From the NCBI RefSeq assembly GCF_001677475.2, contig NZ_CP015229.1: a stretch of 64,000 bases of DNA. One strand, written 5' to 3'. The notes under the pieces were generated by a model, which did no database searches, was not told the DNA's origin, and saw nothing but the letters and a program-made list of their open reading frames with translations. This DNA is from Escherichia coli (GTDB lineage Bacteria; Pseudomonadota; Gammaproteobacteria; Enterobacterales; Enterobacteriaceae). The position numbers and the translations under genes were made by a program. Below are positions 1-11,599 of this stretch, in pieces. Every line of letters begins with the position of its first letter. Position 1 is the stretch's first letter.

Positions 1-595
<595 letters not shown>

Positions 596-612
<17 letters not shown>

Positions 613-1735
613 CCAGTTTAAGCACCTCTTTGGGAATGGAAATATGTCTGTTCAGGGCCGGGCGCGGCTGTGCGCCCTCGCGCCAGTGTTTCATTTGCAG
701 GACGTAGGTCAGAACGTGGGCGATAGCCCGGTAAAGCTGAAACGGAATTTGCTGGTTCACCTGGGTGGTGTAGTAAACCGAGCGCGCCAGTCGCGGGAAC
801 TCGACCACTTCCACCTGATTCTCAGTGGCGACCTGGCGAATATAGAGGGCGATTTCATCGGTGCCTTTCGCCACCACAAACGGCGCGGCGGCGCGCGACT
901 GGTCATACTGCAACGCCACGGCGTAGTGGGTCGGGTTGGTGATCACCACGTTGGCTTTCGGCACCACTTTGCGAATCTGCCCCATCGCCAGTTGCCGTTG
1001 CAGCCGCCGCACGCGTGCCTTCACTTCCGGCTTGCCTTCCTGATTTTTGTACTCTTCTTTCAGCTCTTGTTTGGTCATTTTTAGCCCTTTGGTGAACAGG
1101 GCTTTCGCCAGCGGCACGTCGATAAGTGCAAAGAAAATAAACAGGATTACAAAGTTGCGCATCACGCTGGCGTAGAGCGATAAACCATCGTTAATTGCCA
1201 GTTTGAACGGCAGCGCCTGCAGGCCGAGAAAGGCGGTAAAGTTATTGCGTAGGCTAATCCACAACATCACCAGCACCACCACCGACTTCACCGTCATCTT
1301 CCCCGTTTCCGCCAGATGTTCACTGGAGAACAGCCGCCCAATGCCTTTTAACGGGCTGATTTTGCTGAAATCCGGGAGGATTTTTTTCGGCAGAAACAGC
1401 CAGCCACCAGGCACCAGCGAAGAGAGCAGCGCGGCGGCGGGCATCGGCAGCAACGTAAGAATAAACTTGCCGAGAATTAACAGGTGATGGCGCAGAAACT
1501 GGCCGATAACGTCCGGGTTATTAATCTCCTGCGCGTACTGATGCACGCTGATAAAACTCTCGCGCACAAAATCGGCATACCATGGGAAGCTGCTGGAGAT
1601 CACCACAAACGCCGCAAACAGGCTCGCCGCCAGCCCCATATCCTTCGAGCGCGGCAGTTGCCCCTCTTCACGCGCTTTACGCAGCTTTTGCGCCGAGGGT
1701 TTCTCTGTTTTTTCTTCGCTGCTGCTATCCGCCAT
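596..1735 (-). CDS. lfhB: Lateral flagellar export apparatus protein FlhB homolog
   Basis: 379 aa; NPTHYAVAL autocleavage motif; N-terminal TM domain. Confidence 0.9.
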
Positions 1736-2507
1736 AGTGACCTTTCAGCGCGTCGAGCTGTTGCAGGACAAAATTCGCCAGATGCAGATAGTGATCCGGC
1801 AGGTTGTAGAGCAGGGTGGCAAAGCAGACCAGCCCCGCCAGCATGTTGATGGGAAAGCCGAGCGAAAAGAGGTTCAGCGGCGGTGCAATACGGTTAAGCA
1901 GGCCAAAGCAGCCCTGCACAATCAGCATGATAAAAGTGGTCGGCAGCGCCAGTAGCGATGCGGATGCCAGCACCCAGCTAAAGGCCAGCGCGATGGTGCG
2001 CAGGGTTTGCGGATGCAGCGCGTTGCCGATCGGCCAGTAGGTGAAACCCTTATACAGCACGCTCACCAGCAGCAGATGCCCGTCCATGGCAAAAAACAGC
2101 AGGATCGTGTAGACGTTGATTAACTCCGCCAGCACGGTGGTCGATGCGCCGCTGCTCGGGTCGTTCATCACCGCCATGCTCATCCCCATATTGAACGAGA
2201 GAATTTGCCCGGCCAGTTGCAGCGCCAGAAACAGAAACTGAAACATCAGCCCGAATAACATGCCCCATAAAATTTGCTCCACCGTCAGGATCAGGCTGTT
2301 GAGCGATAACAGGTCGTGGGGAATGGGATGGGGGATCAACGGCGTGATGATAATTGCCAGCGCCAGCGACAAAATAATCCGCACGCGCACGGTCAGGGCG
2401 CTGTTATCCAGCACTGGCACATAGCGCAGAAACGCCATAATGCGCACGAAGGGAAACCACAGCCCCAGCGCCAGATCCATCAGTTGCGTAACGTCGCTTG
2501 TGCGCAT
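1725..2507 (-). CDS. lfiR: Flagellar export apparatus FliR homolog
   Basis: Polytopic membrane protein; start set to ATG 2505-2507 immediately after lfiQ stop (ORF track extends to 2558). Confidence 0.8.
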   Translation of the reverse strand: MRTSDVTQLMDLALGLWFPFVRIMAFLRYVPVLDNSALTVRVRIILSLALAIIITPLIPHPIPHDLLSLNSLILTVEQILWGMLFGLMFQFLFLALQLAGQILSFNMGMSMAVMNDPSSGASTTVLAELINVYTILLFFAMDGHLLLVSVLYKGFTYWPIGNALHPQTLRTIALAFSWVLASASLLALPTTFIMLIVQGCFGLLNRIAPPLNLFSLGFPINMLAGLVCFATLLYNLPDHYLHLANFVLQQLDALKGHYGG

Positions 2508-2508
2508 C

Positions 2509-2781
2509 TTAATGAACCAGCAGGGCGGCCTGGGTAAACAGGTGAATGCACAGGTCATGCAACTGGATAATCATCCATTTGCCGCACACGCCCAGCACCA
2601 CCAGCGTGACAATCAGCCTCGGTAAAAAGCTCAGAGTCTGTTCGTTAATCTGCGTCACCGCCTGGAACACGCTCACCAGCAGGCCGACCAGTAAACTCGG
2701 TACCACCAGCACAGAAACCAGTAAAATCACCACTTTTATGCCGCTGGCGACAATGTCGGCGGCTACGTCTACGGTCAACAT
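2509..2781 (-). CDS. lfiQ: Flagellar export apparatus FliQ homolog
   Basis: 90 aa, two TM helices, position between fliP and fliR homologs. Confidence 0.85.
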   Translation of the reverse strand: MLTVDVAADIVASGIKVVILLVSVLVVPSLLVGLLVSVFQAVTQINEQTLSFLPRLIVTLVVLGVCGKWMIIQLHDLCIHLFTQAALLVH

Positions 2782-2783
2782 AA

Positions 2784-3536
2784 TCAGCCCAGCCCCAGCC
2801 CGCGAATGCTGGTGGTGAGCGTACCGATGGTCAGCGACCAGCCGTCGATCAGCACAAACAGCATCAACTTAAAGGGCAGCGAAACAATCAGCGGCGACAG
2901 CATCATCATCCCCATCGCCATCAGTACGCTGGCGACAATCAGGTCGATAACCAGAAACGGGATGTAAATCATAAAGCCAATCTGGAAAGCGGTTTTCAGC
3001 TCGCTCAACACATAGGCGGGCACCACGATCGAGAGATCCTGATCGGCAGCATTGCCCTTCGCGCCGCCGATGGTCATGATTTGCGCCATCGCTTTTTTGT
3101 CAGTCTGCGCCAGCATAAAGCGTTTCAGCGGCGTAGCGGCGGTGCTCAACGCATCGGTCAGGGTAATCCGATCGTTTTCGAACGGCACCACAGCGTGGTC
3201 GTAAATATTGAGCCAGATGGGGCGCATCACCAGCATGGTGAGGGAGAGCGCAATGCCAATCAGAATGCGGTTCGGCGGCGTTTGTTGCAGCCCCAGCGCC
3301 TGGCGCAGCAGCGACAGCACGATAATAAAGCGCGTAAAGCAGGTCATCATCAGCACCATCGTCGGCAACAAACCGACGAGAGTCATCAGAATCAACACCT
3401 GAATTTTGACGCTGTATTCCTGAGTGTTGCCGTGGGTCACCACGTTAAGCAGCGCAATATCTCCGCCCTGGGCGAATGCCAGCGGGGCGAGCGCCAGCAG
3501 CCCAAGGCCCAGCGTCAGTTGAGTGCGGCGTTTCAT
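2784..3536 (-). CDS. lfiP: Flagellar export apparatus FliP homolog
   Basis: 250 aa with signal peptide and FliP-like TM core. Confidence 0.85.
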   Translation of the reverse strand: MKRRTQLTLGLGLLALAPLAFAQGGDIALLNVVTHGNTQEYSVKIQVLILMTLVGLLPTMVLMMTCFTRFIIVLSLLRQALGLQQTPPNRILIGIALSLTMLVMRPIWLNIYDHAVVPFENDRITLTDALSTAATPLKRFMLAQTDKKAMAQIMTIGGAKGNAADQDLSIVVPAYVLSELKTAFQIGFMIYIPFLVIDLIVASVLMAMGMMMLSPLIVSLPFKLMLFVLIDGWSLTIGTLTTSIRGLGLG

Positions 3537-3904
3537 GGTGCCAGGTCGTTGATATCGCGGGTGTTAAATTCCAGCACGCGCAGGCCGTACTTCTCGTTGA
3601 CCACCACCACTTCCGCTTTGCCCAGCAGGATATTGTTCACTTTAATATCCAGCGGCTCTCCGGCAAGTTTATCCAGCTCAATCACCGTGTCGTCGTCGAT
3701 GTTAAGCAGGTCGGCTAACATGATTTCCACCGACGACACTTCCAGCGTTAAGGTCACCGGAATGCGTTTCAGCAGCGTCATCGAGTCGGAAAAGCGGTCT
3801 TCCAGGCGGGTGACCAGCGTTTCGGCGTCGGCGGATTTCGTGACAGGCGCAACTTCATCGGCGAGGCCAAAATCCCCGGCTAAAATATCGTCTTGTTTAC
3901 TCAT
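3533..3904 (-). CDS. lfiN: Flagellar motor switch protein FliN homolog
   Basis: C-terminal SpoA/FliN domain (DIKVNNILLGKAEVVVVNEKYGLRV); start set to ATG 3902-3904 just after lfiM stop. Confidence 0.8.
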   Translation of the reverse strand: MSKQDDILAGDFGLADEVAPVTKSADAETLVTRLEDRFSDSMTLLKRIPVTLTLEVSSVEIMLADLLNIDDDTVIELDKLAGEPLDIKVNNILLGKAEVVVVNEKYGLRVLEFNTRDINDLAP

Positions 3905-4748
3905 GGCTATTCTCATTTTTGCCCGCCAGCTCCGACAAAAACAGTTTGTCTTTGTCTTCCACAATCAGGGCGCTAAATAATTCAGATTGCCCAATCGCCA
4001 CCGGGAACGTGTCTCCCAGCGAAATGGGTAAAATATCCCCGGCTTTTATCTGCGCCAGATCGGCGACATTCATCGATAGCTCGGCGATTTTGACGTTCAG
4101 GGTCAACGGCAGGGAGCGGATGATTTCTTTAATCAGGGCCGGTTTATTAACCGATTTCGCCACCTGCTGCGGTTTACTGTGCTCGCTGTGGCGGATCAGA
4201 TTTAAAATAAAATCGGTGTGGGCGTCGTCGAGCAAAATACGAAAGCTGCTCTCTTCATCACCCGCGAGGGTAAAGGTTAATTGATACGCCCAGTGGGTAA
4301 TCACTGTGCTGCTGTCCAGCTTTAACTTCAGCGCAATACCGGAGGTTTGCAGATTAAATATCAGCGTGCAGATATCCAGCGCCAGTCGGTTCTTTAATCG
4401 TGTTTCGGTTTTGGTCGGCAGCCCGTTATGCGCTTTCGCCTCTTCAAGAGATGACTCCAGACCATAAAAATTGCCCAGCAGCATTAACAGCAAGGAGCGA
4501 TCAATATCAAACGCCAGATGCCCGACCTGGGAAACCATCAGTTCGGCGTTTTTATTAATAATATCCATTTCGCAGCCAATCTTTTTTAGGGTGATATTGC
4601 TGCGATGCTTTTTGAGAAAGTAGCTGCCAAGATGCGAATCAATCACGTCAAAATTCCCCGTAAACAGGGTCGGCAGGCGATGGTAGGGGCGTCCGAGCCG
4701 ATTACCTTCTAATTTAAAGATGCCTGGCGTTTTACTGTACTTCAGCAT
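3897..4748 (-). CDS. lfiM: Flagellar motor switch protein FliM homolog
   Basis: FliM-like sequence with C-terminal SpoA-like region; alternative upstream start at 4793. Confidence 0.75.
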   Translation of the reverse strand: MLKYSKTPGIFKLEGNRLGRPYHRLPTLFTGNFDVIDSHLGSYFLKKHRSNITLKKIGCEMDIINKNAELMVSQVGHLAFDIDRSLLLMLLGNFYGLESSLEEAKAHNGLPTKTETRLKNRLALDICTLIFNLQTSGIALKLKLDSSTVITHWAYQLTFTLAGDEESSFRILLDDAHTDFILNLIRHSEHSKPQQVAKSVNKPALIKEIIRSLPLTLNVKIAELSMNVADLAQIKAGDILPISLGDTFPVAIGQSELFSALIVEDKDKLFLSELAGKNENSHE

Positions 4749-4925
4749 GGCGTACTTTCTCTGCTGTAATGGTATGGGCGTTTTTGTGCACACAAATCCG
4801 GCAGTGACACAAGGTGAACTATTAAATAGAGGGGGCGTGAAAGGGGCAAATTATTAATAGGGTGAAAAAATAATTAAATTATTAAAGGGTGAGGTATCAG
4901 GCATCGTCATAAAACATTGCACGAA

Positions 4926-5013
<88 letters not shown>

Positions 5014-5134
5014 TCTAACTCATTGTTTAAACTAAAATAATATTTTTATTATCGTTTAATTCAAACTTATTAAGCCTGCCGGTGATACGCTTCAGAACAT
5101 CCTGATTATTGTCGCTACTTATATCGTTCACCCT

Positions 5135-6121
5135 ATGTCTGAACTTATTGCAACTGCCGCTTCCAGCATTAACGCTTTTACTCTGGCAAAGCGTGTCGCC
5201 GCATTTAACGTGCCGGTGCTCATTCAGGGCGAAACCGGCGCGGGCAAAGAATGCGTGGCGAAATATATTCACACCGTAGCCTTTGGTGAAAATGATAACG
5301 CGCCCTATATCGGCGTGAACTGCGCGGCGATCCCGGAAAACATGCTGGAAGCTACATTATTTGGCTACGACAAAGGCGCATTTACCGGCGCAATTGCCAG
5401 CGTGCCAGGCAAAATGGAACTGGCAAATAACGGCACCTTATTGCTCGATGAAATTGGCGATATGCCGCTGGCATTACAGGCCAAAATATTACGCGTATTG
5501 CAGGAACAGCAGGTTGAGCGATTAGGCAGCAACCGACAAATTAAACTCAATTTTCGCCTGATTGCCTGCACCAATAAAAACCTTGAACAGGAAGTCGCTG
5601 CCGGGCGTTTTCGTGAAGATCTCTATTATCGTCTGGCGGTTATTCCTATTACCATGCCGCCGCTGCGTGAACGTTTGAACGATATTATTCCGCTGGCAGA
5701 GTCATTTATAAAAAAATACTCCACGGTGCTGGTGAAAAATATCACCCTTTCGGAATCTACCCGCCGTGCGCTGCTGAATTACCGCTGGCCGGGTAATGTG
5801 CGCCAGCTGGAAAACGCCATTCAGCGGGGAATGATTTTAAATCGCGACGGCGTGATTTACCCGGACGCGTTAGGCCTGCCGGAAAATGACATTGCCGACC
5901 ACAGCGAACTGCAATGGCCCATTCAGCCCTCCGTATCTGTTGCGGAAACCAGCGATTTAGGCCAGGCCGGACGTAGCGCCCAGTATCAATATATCGCCGA
6001 CCTGATGCGTAAATATCAGGGCAACCGCAGCAAAATTGCCGACCTGTTAGGCATTACCCCGCGCGCACTGCGCTATCGACTGGCCTCCATGCGCAAGCAC
6101 GGTATTGAAGTTTTCTCCTGA
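5135..6121 (+). CDS. lafK: Sigma-54-dependent transcriptional activator LafK (AAA+ domain plus C-terminal HTH, no N-terminal receiver domain)
   Basis: Walker A GETGAGKE, GAFTGA motif (KGAFTGA), C-terminal Fis-type HTH. Confidence 0.85.
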   Translation: MSELIATAASSINAFTLAKRVAAFNVPVLIQGETGAGKECVAKYIHTVAFGENDNAPYIGVNCAAIPENMLEATLFGYDKGAFTGAIASVPGKMELANNGTLLLDEIGDMPLALQAKILRVLQEQQVERLGSNRQIKLNFRLIACTNKNLEQEVAAGRFREDLYYRLAVIPITMPPLRERLNDIIPLAESFIKKYSTVLVKNITLSESTRRALLNYRWPGNVRQLENAIQRGMILNRDGVIYPDALGLPENDIADHSELQWPIQPSVSVAETSDLGQAGRSAQYQYIADLMRKYQGNRSKIADLLGITPRALRYRLASMRKHGIEVFS

Positions 6122-6135
6122 CCCGGAAGTTAAAA

Positions 6136-6477
6136 ATGAGCATTACTACAATCAACAGCACCATGCAGGCGCAAATCATGCAGGACGTGCAGCGGATGCA
6201 GGCCAACGCCCAGGCGCCGGTGCTTCCCGCCATGACCTTCAGTTCCACCGACCCGGACGTTTCGTTTAACCGCATTATGAGCGGCGCGTTCAGTCACGTT
6301 GACCAGTTCCAGCAGGTGGCGGAGCAGCAGCAAACGGCTATCGACACGGGCAAAAGTGATGACCTCGCCGGGGCGATGATCGCCAGCCAGCAGGCGTCGC
6401 TCTCGTTCTCCGCGCTGGTGCAGGTGCGCAACAAAATCGCCACCGGATTTAACGATCTGATGAGTATGTCGATCTAA
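6136..6477 (+). CDS. lfiE: Flagellar hook-basal body protein FliE homolog
   Basis: 113 aa, FliE-like C-terminus, precedes fliF homolog. Confidence 0.75.
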   Translation: MSITTINSTMQAQIMQDVQRMQANAQAPVLPAMTFSSTDPDVSFNRIMSGAFSHVDQFQQVAEQQQTAIDTGKSDDLAGAMIASQQASLSFSALVQVRNKIATGFNDLMSMSI

Positions 6478-6481
6478 CCCT

Positions 6482-8128
6482 ATGAATGCACAAATAAAGA
6501 AGTTAACCCAGGCGTTTCCGGCGTTTCGACTGCGTCTCGCAGATAACAAACGCTGGGCGCTGATGGCGGTAGTGGGGCTTGCCGTGGCGGCAACGGCGAT
6601 TATCGTCAGCGTGCTGTGGACCGGTAATCGCGGCTACGTCTCGCTCTACGGACGCCAGGAAAATCTGCCCGTGTCGCAGATTGTCACCGTGCTGGATGGC
6701 GAAAAGCTCAGCTACCGCATCGACCCGCAAAGCGGGCAGATTCTGGTGCCGGAAGATGAACTGTCGAAAACGCGCATGACCCTTGCTGCCAAAGGCGTGC
6801 AGGCGATATTGCCCAGCGGCTACGAGCTGATGGACAAAGACGAAGTGCTCGGCAGCAGCCAGTTCGTGCAGAACGTGCGCTACAAACGCAGCCTCGAAGG
6901 GGAGCTGGCGCAGAGCATCATGTCGCTGGACGCGGTGGAGAGCGCGCGGGTGCATCTGGCGCTCAACGAAGAAAGCTCGTTTGTGGTCAGCGATGAGCCG
7001 CAAAACAGTGCCTCGGTGGTGGTGCGTCTGCACTACGGCGCGAAGCTGAATATGGACCAGGTGAACGCCATTGTGCATCTGGTTTCCGGCAGCATTCCGG
7101 GGCTGCACGCCAGCAAAGTTAGCGTCGTCGATCAGGCGGGAAATCTGCTAACCGACGGCATTGGCGCGGGCGAGGCGGTTTCTGCCGCTACCCGTAAACG
7201 CGATCAGATTCTCAAAGACATCCAGGACAAAACCCGCGCCAGCGTGGCAAACGTGCTGGATTCGCTGGTCGGCAGCGGGAATTACCGCGTCAGCGTGATG
7301 CCGGATCTCGACCTCAGCACCATCGACGAAACCCAGGAACACTACGGCGACGCGCCGAAAATCAACCGCGAAGAGAGCGTGCTGGACAGCGACACTAACC
7401 AGGTGGCGATGGGCGTGCCCGGTTCGCTCAGTAACCGTCCGCCGGTTGCGGCGAATCAGATGACCAACGGTACGGAAGAAAACCGCTCGCCGGAAGCGTT
7501 ATCCAAACACAGCGAAAGCAAGCGCGATTACTCTTACGACCGCAGCGTCCAGCATATTCAGCATCCCGGGTTTGCGGTGAAACGCCTCAACGTGGCGGTG
7601 GTGCTCAATCAAAACGCCCCGGCGCTGAAAAACTGGAAGCCGGAGCAGACTGCGCAACTGACCGCGTTGCTGAACAATGCCGCCGGGATCGACGTCCAGC
7701 GCGGTGACAATCTCACCTTATCGCTGCTTAACTTTGTGCCGCAGGCGGTGCCGGTCGAACCAATTATTCCGCTGTGGAAAGACGACAGCGTGCTGGCCTG
7801 GGTGCGGCTGATTGGCTGCGGCCTGCTGGCGCTGTTGTTGCTGTTCTTTGTGGTGCGCCCGGTAATGAAACGCCTGACGGCGGTACGTGCGCCGGTTATC
7901 CCGCCAGAACCGGAAGCCGTCAGCGAACCGTGGATCGCCATGCCGGAAGAGGAGCGCAAAAACGTCGATCTGCCGTCGCTACCCGGCGATGACAGCCTGC
8001 CGTCCCAGAGTTCCGGCCTCGAAGTAAAACTCGAGTTCCTGCAAAAACTGGCCATGAGCGACACCGATCGCGTAGCCGAAGTTCTCAGACAATGGATCAC
8101 CAGCAATGAGCGAATTGACAACAAATAA
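6482..8128 (+). CDS. lfiF: Flagellar MS-ring protein FliF homolog
   Basis: 548 aa, N-terminal TM, large periplasmic domain, C-terminal TM. Confidence 0.85.
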   Translation: MNAQIKKLTQAFPAFRLRLADNKRWALMAVVGLAVAATAIIVSVLWTGNRGYVSLYGRQENLPVSQIVTVLDGEKLSYRIDPQSGQILVPEDELSKTRMTLAAKGVQAILPSGYELMDKDEVLGSSQFVQNVRYKRSLEGELAQSIMSLDAVESARVHLALNEESSFVVSDEPQNSASVVVRLHYGAKLNMDQVNAIVHLVSGSIPGLHASKVSVVDQAGNLLTDGIGAGEAVSAATRKRDQILKDIQDKTRASVANVLDSLVGSGNYRVSVMPDLDLSTIDETQEHYGDAPKINREESVLDSDTNQVAMGVPGSLSNRPPVAANQMTNGTEENRSPEALSKHSESKRDYSYDRSVQHIQHPGFAVKRLNVAVVLNQNAPALKNWKPEQTAQLTALLNNAAGIDVQRGDNLTLSLLNFVPQAVPVEPIIPLWKDDSVLAWVRLIGCGLLALLLLFFVVRPVMKRLTAVRAPVIPPEPEAVSEPWIAMPEEERKNVDLPSLPGDDSLPSQSSGLEVKLEFLQKLAMSDTDRVAEVLRQWITSNERIDNK

Positions 8129-9116
8129 AAGCAACAGCTACCTGGAACAGGCGGCGATCCTGCTGCTGTGTCTGGGCGAAGAGGCGGCGGCGACGGTGAT
8201 GCAAAAACTCAGCCGCGAAGAAGTGGTGCGCCTGAGCGAAAACATGGCGCGGCTTTCCGGCGTCAAAACCAGCATGGCGCGCAAAGTGATCAATAACTTC
8301 TTTGATGAGTTCCGCGAACAGAGCGGCATCAACGGCGCATCGCGATCCATGTTGCAGGGCATTCTCAACAAAGCCCTCGGCACCGAGATCGCCAGCAGCG
8401 TGATCAACGGCATCTACGGCGATGAGATCCGCTCACGGATGGCGCGTCTGCAATGGGTGGAACCACGCCAGCTGGCGATGCTGATCTCCGAAGAGCATCT
8501 GCAATTGCAGGCAGTGTTCCTCGCGTTTCTGACACCGGAAATCTCGGCGGCGGTGCTTTCATATCTCAACGAATCGGTACAAAACGAAATTCTCTATCGG
8601 GTGGCGAAACTCAACGACGTCAACCGCGACGTGGTGGATGAACTGGACAGGCTGATCGAACGCGGTCTGTCAGTACTTTCGGAGCACGGCTCGAAGGTGA
8701 AAGGCATCAAACAGGCGGCGGATATCGTCAACCGCTTTCAGGGCAACCAGCAGGTGATCCTCGACCAGATGCGCGAGCGTGACGAAAACGTGCTGGAGCA
8801 GCTCCAGGATGAGATGTATGACTTCTTTATCCTCAGCCGCCAGAACGAAGAGGTGCGCCGACGTCTGCTCGACGAAGTGCCGATGGAAGACTGGGCGGTG
8901 GCGCTGAAAGGTACTGAAGCTCTGCTGCGCCGTTCCATTTACGCGGTAATGCCAAAACGTCAGGCTCAGCAACTGGAAGCGATCACCGCGCGCCTGGGGC
9001 CGGTGCCGGTCAGCCGTATCGAACAGATCCGCCGCGAAATCATGGGCATTGCCCGTGAGCTGGAAGAGGCGGGCGAAATTCAGCTACAGCTTTTTGCGGA
9101 ACAGACGGCGGAGTAA
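8106..9116 (+). CDS. lfiG: Flagellar motor switch protein FliG homolog
   Basis: 336 aa FliG-like; overlaps fliF homolog end. Confidence 0.85.
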   Translation: MSELTTNKSNSYLEQAAILLLCLGEEAAATVMQKLSREEVVRLSENMARLSGVKTSMARKVINNFFDEFREQSGINGASRSMLQGILNKALGTEIASSVINGIYGDEIRSRMARLQWVEPRQLAMLISEEHLQLQAVFLAFLTPEISAAVLSYLNESVQNEILYRVAKLNDVNRDVVDELDRLIERGLSVLSEHGSKVKGIKQAADIVNRFQGNQQVILDQMRERDENVLEQLQDEMYDFFILSRQNEEVRRRLLDEVPMEDWAVALKGTEALLRRSIYAVMPKRQAQQLEAITARLGPVPVSRIEQIRREIMGIARELEEAGEIQLQLFAEQTAE

Positions 9117-9119
9117 CCC

Positions 9120-9830
9120 ATGACCATTGAAACACTGCGCGGGCGTTATCGTCTGCACCGTTTTCCGCCGCGCCAGCGAGCTATGGCGAGTGAACCACTG
9201 ACCGCAGGGATCAGCGCCGCCGACTACCAGCGCCAGTTAAAAGACGGTTTTCAGGAAGGGCTGCAAAAAGGCTTTGAGCAGGGGATGACCGAAGGGATCG
9301 ACCAGGGATTTCTTGAAGGTCATCAAAAAGGGTTTGAAGATGGGCGACGCCAGGGCTACACCGAAGGCAGCCTCTCTGGGCAGCAGGAAGGGCGCAAGCA
9401 GTTTGTGGAGGCGGCGCAGCCGCTGGAAGCCATCAGCGGAAAAGTGAACGACTTCCTCGCCCATATCGAACGTAAACAGCGGGAAGATTTGCTGCAACTG
9501 GTGGAAAAAGTCACCCGCCAGGTGATCCGCTGCGAACTGGCGCTGCAACCGACGCAATTGCTGGCGCTGGTGGAAGAGGCGCTGGCGGCGTTCCCTTCCA
9601 TGCCGGAAACCCTGCAAGTGATGATGAGTGCGGAAGAATTTAACCGCATCCGTGACGCGGTGCCGGAAAAAGTCAACGAATGGGGGCTGATGCCGTCACT
9701 CGACTTAGCGCCGGGTGAATGCCGGGTGATTACCGATAAATCCGAACTGGATATCGGCTGCGAGCACCGCCTTGAACAGTGCATGACAGCACTAAAAGAG
9801 ACCCTAACGCCGGAGTCGCAAAGTGAGTGA
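9120..9830 (+). CDS. lfiH: Flagellar assembly protein FliH homolog
   Basis: Position between FliG and FliI homologs; repeated QxGFxxG motifs. Confidence 0.75.
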   Translation: MTIETLRGRYRLHRFPPRQRAMASEPLTAGISAADYQRQLKDGFQEGLQKGFEQGMTEGIDQGFLEGHQKGFEDGRRQGYTEGSLSGQQEGRKQFVEAAQPLEAISGKVNDFLAHIERKQREDLLQLVEKVTRQVIRCELALQPTQLLALVEEALAAFPSMPETLQVMMSAEEFNRIRDAVPEKVNEWGLMPSLDLAPGECRVITDKSELDIGCEHRLEQCMTALKETLTPESQSE

Positions 9831-11160
9831 TTTTTCCGCTTTCGATAACGCCCTGCGCTCGCTGGAGTCGATCCCATTAGCCCGCGTCGCCGGGCGACTG
9901 GTGCGCCTTAACGGCATCCTGCTGGAGAGCGTCGGTTGCCCGCTAATGACCGGACAACTGTGCCGCATCGAAAGCGCCAACCACACGCTGATCGACGCGC
10001 AGGCCGTGGGATTTAATCGCGACATCACCTACTTAATGCCGTTTAAACAGCCGGTCGGCTTGATGGCGGGCGCGCGCGTCTTCCCGGAGGAAAAAGCCCA
10101 CGACATCCTGATTGGCGAAAGCTGGCTAGGCCGCGTGGTGAATGGCCTCGGCGAGCCGCTGGATGGCAAAGGGCGCTTAAATGGCAGCGATCTTTTGCCG
10201 CCGCTGCCACCGTCGGTCAATCCCTTAACCCGGCGTTCAGTGGACGAACCGCTGGACGTGGGCGTGAAAGCGATCAACGGCCTGCTGACCATCGGCAAAG
10301 GCCAGCGCGTTGGGCTGATGGCGGGTAGCGGGGTGGGGAAAAGCGTACTGCTGGGGATGATCACCCGCCAGACCAAAGCCGACATCGTGGTGGTTGGGCT
10401 GATTGGCGAACGCGGGCGCGAAGTGAAAGAGTTTATCGACCATTCACTGGGCGAGGACGGGCTGGCGAAGTCCATCGTCGTTGTCGCGCCTGCCGATGAA
10501 TCGCCGCTGATGCGCCTGAAAGCCACCGAACTGTGCCACTCCATCGCCGCCTGGTTTCGCGACCGTGGGCATCACGTTTTACTGCTGGTGGATTCCCTGA
10601 CCCGCTACGCGATGGCGCAGCGTGAAATTGCCCTCTCGCTCGGCGAGCCGCCTGCCACCAAAGGCTATCCGCCATCGGCATTCGGTATGATCCCCAAACT
10701 GGTCGAAAGTGCAGGCAACAGCGAAAGCGCAGGATCGATGACCGCCATCTACACCGTGCTGGCGGAAGGCGACGACCAGCAAGATCCGATTGTAGACTGC
10801 GCCCGCGCGGTGCTGGACGGGCATATCGTATTAACCCGCAAACTGGCGGAAGCGGGGCATTATCCGGCCATTGATATCGGCCAGTCGATCAGCCGCTGTA
10901 TGAACCAGGTTACCAGCCTGGAACATCAGCAATCCGCCCGCGCGTTAAAGCAAAACTACGCCGCCTATATGGAGATCAAACCGCTGATCCCACTCGGCGG
11001 CTACGTGGCAGGCGCGGACGCCAGCGTCGATAAAGCGGTAAAAATGTACCCGACCATCGAGCGATTTTTGCGCCAGGAGATGCGCGAACCCGCCTCCCTC
11101 GAACTGGTGCAAAGCCGCCTGCAAATCCTCTTTCCTGGTGCCAAAAAGGCAGAACAGTAA
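9823..11160 (+). CDS. lfiI: Flagellum-specific ATPase FliI homolog
   Basis: Walker A GSGVGKSVLLGMI; F1/T3SS ATPase family. Confidence 0.9.
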   Translation: MSDFSAFDNALRSLESIPLARVAGRLVRLNGILLESVGCPLMTGQLCRIESANHTLIDAQAVGFNRDITYLMPFKQPVGLMAGARVFPEEKAHDILIGESWLGRVVNGLGEPLDGKGRLNGSDLLPPLPPSVNPLTRRSVDEPLDVGVKAINGLLTIGKGQRVGLMAGSGVGKSVLLGMITRQTKADIVVVGLIGERGREVKEFIDHSLGEDGLAKSIVVVAPADESPLMRLKATELCHSIAAWFRDRGHHVLLLVDSLTRYAMAQREIALSLGEPPATKGYPPSAFGMIPKLVESAGNSESAGSMTAIYTVLAEGDDQQDPIVDCARAVLDGHIVLTRKLAEAGHYPAIDIGQSISRCMNQVTSLEHQQSARALKQNYAAYMEIKPLIPLGGYVAGADASVDKAVKMYPTIERFLRQEMREPASLELVQSRLQILFPGAKKAEQ

Positions 11161-11162
11161 CT

Positions 11163-11597
11163 ATGCGACAAATCATCGACACCCTCGCGCAGTTACAGCG
11201 CCTGCGGGATAAATCGGTCAAGGACAAAACCGTCGAGCTGGCAAAACAGAAACAGATTTGCGCGGGCTATGACAACAATATCAAAGCATTAGGTTACCTG
11301 GTGGAGAAAACCTCTGCGGGCGCGGCGGCATCGGTGGAATCGCTGAAAAACGTCAGCGGCTACAAAGGCACCCTGCGCAAGGTGATCGCCTGGCAAGAGC
11401 AGGAAAAAACGCTGGCTAACATCAAAGCCACGCGAATGCAGAAAAACCTGACGGCGGCGGCCTGCGAAGAGAAAGTGGTGGCTTTGACGCTGGACGACAA
11501 ACGCCGCGAGCAACAAGAAAGCGCCACGGCGAAAGCGCAGAAAGCGGTGGACGATATCGCCGTGCAGTGCTGGTTGCGGCACAAATTAGCGGAGTAG
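11163..11597 (+). CDS. lfiJ: Flagellar export chaperone FliJ homolog
   Basis: 144 aa coiled-coil protein after fliI homolog. Confidence 0.7.
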   Translation: MRQIIDTLAQLQRLRDKSVKDKTVELAKQKQICAGYDNNIKALGYLVEKTSAGAAASVESLKNVSGYKGTLRKVIAWQEQEKTLANIKATRMQKNLTAAACEEKVVALTLDDKRREQQESATAKAQKAVDDIAVQCWLRHKLAE

Positions 11598-11599
11598 CC

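Noticed and set aside
6503-7108. 201-aa minus-strand ORF
   Set aside because: Antisense to lfiF (FliF homolog); no RBS; low-complexity composition.
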